A stretch of 64,000 nt of DNA. It comes from Candidatus Krumholzibacteriia bacterium (GTDB taxonomy: Bacteria; Krumholzibacteriota; Krumholzibacteriia; Krumholzibacteriales; Krumholzibacteriaceae). Position numbers and translations under genes: made by a program. This document shows, piece after piece, positions 61,908 to 64,000 of this stretch (position 1 is its first letter; every line of letters begins with the position of its first letter). The stretch is taken from assembly GCA_963836185.1 (NCBI GenBank), contig CAWIIQ010000003.1, positions 448,001-512,000 of the forward strand, read 5' to 3'. The notes beneath the pieces were generated by a model. That model did not search any database, was not told the DNA's origin, and was given only the letters and a program-made list of their open reading frames with translations.

Positions 61908-62352
61908 GCTTCTGTTCCTTTTCGAGATTGCCCGGAATGCCTTCGACGAACATCCTGATCTCGTCCCGCACCCTGCGGTATATATCGAGTTTCTCCTCTT
62001 CCCCTTCGACATCTTTCGCGAGCGAAGGGGGATCGTCGAATCCGACATGAACTACCTTGCCGGTACCCGGGAAGAAGGGGCATGTCTCTCGCGCATTGTC
62101 GCATACGGTCACGACGTAATCGAAATCGATATTGATAAACTCTCTCACGTTCTGTGATTTCGCTCCCGAGATATCGACGCCCGCTTCGGCCATGACCTTG
62201 ACCGCGTTCGGATTGAGACCGTGGGTCTCTATGCCGGCAGACATCGCTTCGATCTCGCTGCTCTTTAAATGCCCGGCCCACCCTTGCGCCATCTGGCTCC
62301 TGCACGAGTTGCCCGTGCAGAGAAAAAGTATCTTCAGCCTGTCATTTGCCAT
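61891..62352 (-). CDS. arsC: Arsenate reductase (LMW-PTPase/thioredoxin type)
   Basis: CTGNSCRSQMA, TVCD..ETCP, DDP. Confidence 0.93.
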   Translation of the reverse strand: MANDRLKILFLCTGNSCRSQMAQGWAGHLKSSEIEAMSAGIETHGLNPNAVKVMAEAGVDISGAKSQNVREFINIDFDYVVTVCDNARETCPFFPGTGKVVHVGFDDPPSLAKDVEGEEEKLDIYRRVRDEIRMFVEGIPGNLEKEQKHDTEQ

Positions 62353-62731
62353 ATTGATCATCTCCCTCACAGGACCTCGTAGAGCAGTACCTGGCTGCGC
62401 CGCATCTGGCGACCTTCCTGAGGTATTTCCGGTCGGCCCTGATCTCCGACGAGTTTTTGAGCGATTCCCCCAGCCAGTCCATGACTGTCACGACCGGTTC
62501 GGTCTTTGCCGCCTCGGAAAGCCTGTAGTATACCCACCGTCCGTTCTTGCGGCTTTCCACCAGCCCCGCACTGTGCAGGATGCTTATGTGGCGCGAGACG
62601 GTAGCCGGCGCGAGACCGAGCATCTCGGTCACCTGGCAGACGCATAATTCATCCATATCCCTGAGGGCCATCACTGTCCGCAGCCTGTTACCGTCTGACA
62701 GGGCCTTTGTCACTGATAGAACATCTTTCAT
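62342..62731 (-). CDS. arsR: ArsR family metalloregulator
   Basis: KALSDGNRL, ELCVCQ, TVSRH, GRWVYY. Confidence 0.93.
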   Translation of the reverse strand: MKDVLSVTKALSDGNRLRTVMALRDMDELCVCQVTEMLGLAPATVSRHISILHSAGLVESRKNGRWVYYRLSEAAKTEPVVTVMDWLGESLKNSSEIRADRKYLRKVARCGAARYCSTRSCEGDDQYGK

Positions 62732-62752
62732 CCTGATTCTCCATGCTTCTAT

Positions 62753-62803
62753 ATTTAGCCAAACAACGAAATGAAAGATAGCCTGTTAATGGAGCGGTGT
62801 CAA
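62753..62803 (-). promoter_or_regulatory. ars operon promoter with putative ArsR operator
   Basis: TTGACA-17-TATCTT at 62803-62775, then imperfect dyad ATTTCG-N8-CTAAAT at 62772-62753. Confidence 0.7.
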
Positions 62804-62825
62804 GAAAGGTTGTGTCAGGAAATGG

Positions 62826-63530
62826 TCAGATATAGTTGTAGATCGAGAAGCCGAATATATAGGTCAGGCAGTAATAGATCCCAGCCGCGATAAACACCGT
62901 GCCTGTGATCCTTCTTGCCCAGTACTCGAAAGAAGCCATCCGGTCATATGCCCTGCCTATCCTGTTGGCGCCGAACGCGATGAGGACCGCGAATATGAGT
63001 ACGGGAAGCGCTGTTCCTATGCCGTATGCTGCGGGAAGGATGATGCCCGATTCGTTCTTTACCGCCAGCGCGAGCAGGCTTCCGAAGAAGAGAGCCGCCG
63101 AGACGGGGCAGAACGAGATGGCGAATACGATCCCTAGAAGAAGGGCTCCCCACATGCCGAGCCTGTCGACGCGGCGCTGCATCTTCTCGCTGACCCCGCC
63201 GCCGCGGCGGGAAAAGGAGATCAGCTCGAGCAGGACCATTCCTATGATAATGAGCAGCGGGCCCATCGCGAGGTTCATGTATTTCTGAAGCATGTGGGAA
63301 AGGCGCGGAGCTGAAAGGAGACTCGCGACCAGCATTGCCCCGAGAACAGTGTAGGTAAGTGTTCTTCCTGCCGTGTACAGAAGTCCCGCACTGAGTACCT
63401 TCTTCGGATCATCGACCCTGCGGCCTATGTACGAGATCGCGGTGATATTCATCGCCAGCGGGCATGGGCTGATCGAGGTGAGTATTCCAAGCCATAGCGC
63501 CGATGCCGCGGCAAGAGCGAACTGAGCCAT
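62826..63530 (-). CDS. arsG: ArsG-family (DsbD/CcdA-like) membrane protein
   Basis: ISPCPLA.NI and SFCPVSAALFFG motifs; TGATG overlap with upstream ArsF-like gene. Confidence 0.75.
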   Translation of the reverse strand: MAQFALAAASALWLGILTSISPCPLAMNITAISYIGRRVDDPKKVLSAGLLYTAGRTLTYTVLGAMLVASLLSAPRLSHMLQKYMNLAMGPLLIIIGMVLLELISFSRRGGGVSEKMQRRVDRLGMWGALLLGIVFAISFCPVSAALFFGSLLALAVKNESGIILPAAYGIGTALPVLIFAVLIAFGANRIGRAYDRMASFEYWARRITGTVFIAAGIYYCLTYIFGFSIYNYI

Positions 63531-64000
63531 CAGGACTCCCCGTTCATGAACTTCCCGGCCTCTTCCTGAACGTATGTGATATAAGCTTCTTTGTCGCCGA
63601 CGAGTTCCCATACACGGGTGAGGTTGAGGTAATCCCCGCGTTCTCCGTCGACGACGCGCTCGAGCACAACCGTTCTCGCCGAGAGCTGGAAATCATCGAT
63701 GAAGTGCTCGTTTTCGGCCATCTCCAGGTTGACGGGCAGAAACTCGATCCGGTTCGCCTTGAGCGCTTCGGGGAACCCTGTCTCGACAGCCTCGAGGGCG
63801 TACATCTCGATAGTCAGACAGGTCTTGCACCGGGCGTTGCCATGGAAATAGTAGAAAATATAATTAGTGCCGCTGTCAGCAAGGGCAGTCTCCGCGGCTC
63901 CCTCCATGTCCGATTCTCCCCCGCCGCTTTTCATGAAAAGGGCGACCAGGCTCGCCGCGACGAAGACGAGAAGGAGTATGGTCACTATCAGTTTGATCTT
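63530..64000 (-). CDS. arsF: ArsF-family thioredoxin-like protein, 5' end outside the window
   Basis: YYFHGNARCKTCLTIE motif; frame open to the window edge. Confidence 0.75.
   Translation of the reverse strand, partial: KIKLIVTILLLVFVAASLVALFMKSGGGESDMEGAAETALADSGTNYIFYYFHGNARCKTCLTIEMYALEAVETGFPEALKANRIEFLPVNLEMAENEHFIDDFQLSARTVVLERVVDGERGDYLNLTRVWELVGDKEAYITYVQEEAGKFMNGES

Overview
GC-rich bacterial chromosome segment with about 50 genes. Many lipoproteins, three FlgD/T9SS-like C-terminal sorting domains, a Gld-like ABC system and a DUF3857 pair suggest an FCB-group organism such as Ca. Krumholzibacteriota or Latescibacterota; this is inferred, not shown. Housekeeping genes: rsgA, tmRNA (ssrA, tag ANDNLALAA), greA, ettA, an OPT transporter and an S9 peptidase. 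An arsenic cluster (arsF/arsG-like, arsR, arsC, arsM, acr3) lies at the right end. About a dozen genes are split by small indels, most likely assembly errors. Best leads: (1) a compact three-gene operon of a cellulose-synthase-like GT2 with two PilZ domains, a GT-C transferase and a small beta-barrel, with no bcsB/C/Z; (2) a kinase, acyl-CoA ligase, acyl reductase and GT-C-like run; (3) a GEGP-motif diheme lipoprotein plus porin behind a leader with two alternative RNA folds; (4) a 1-kb greA islet bounded by a duplicated tmRNA 3' end; (5) a YchF homologue with no P-loop; (6) a nine-repeat PKD-like lipoprotein with one invariant Cys per repeat; (7) a prokaryotic pentameric ligand-gated ion channel; (8) an unlisted 49-aa Cys-containing protein. 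No CRISPR array, rRNA, canonical tRNA, integrase or transposase was seen.
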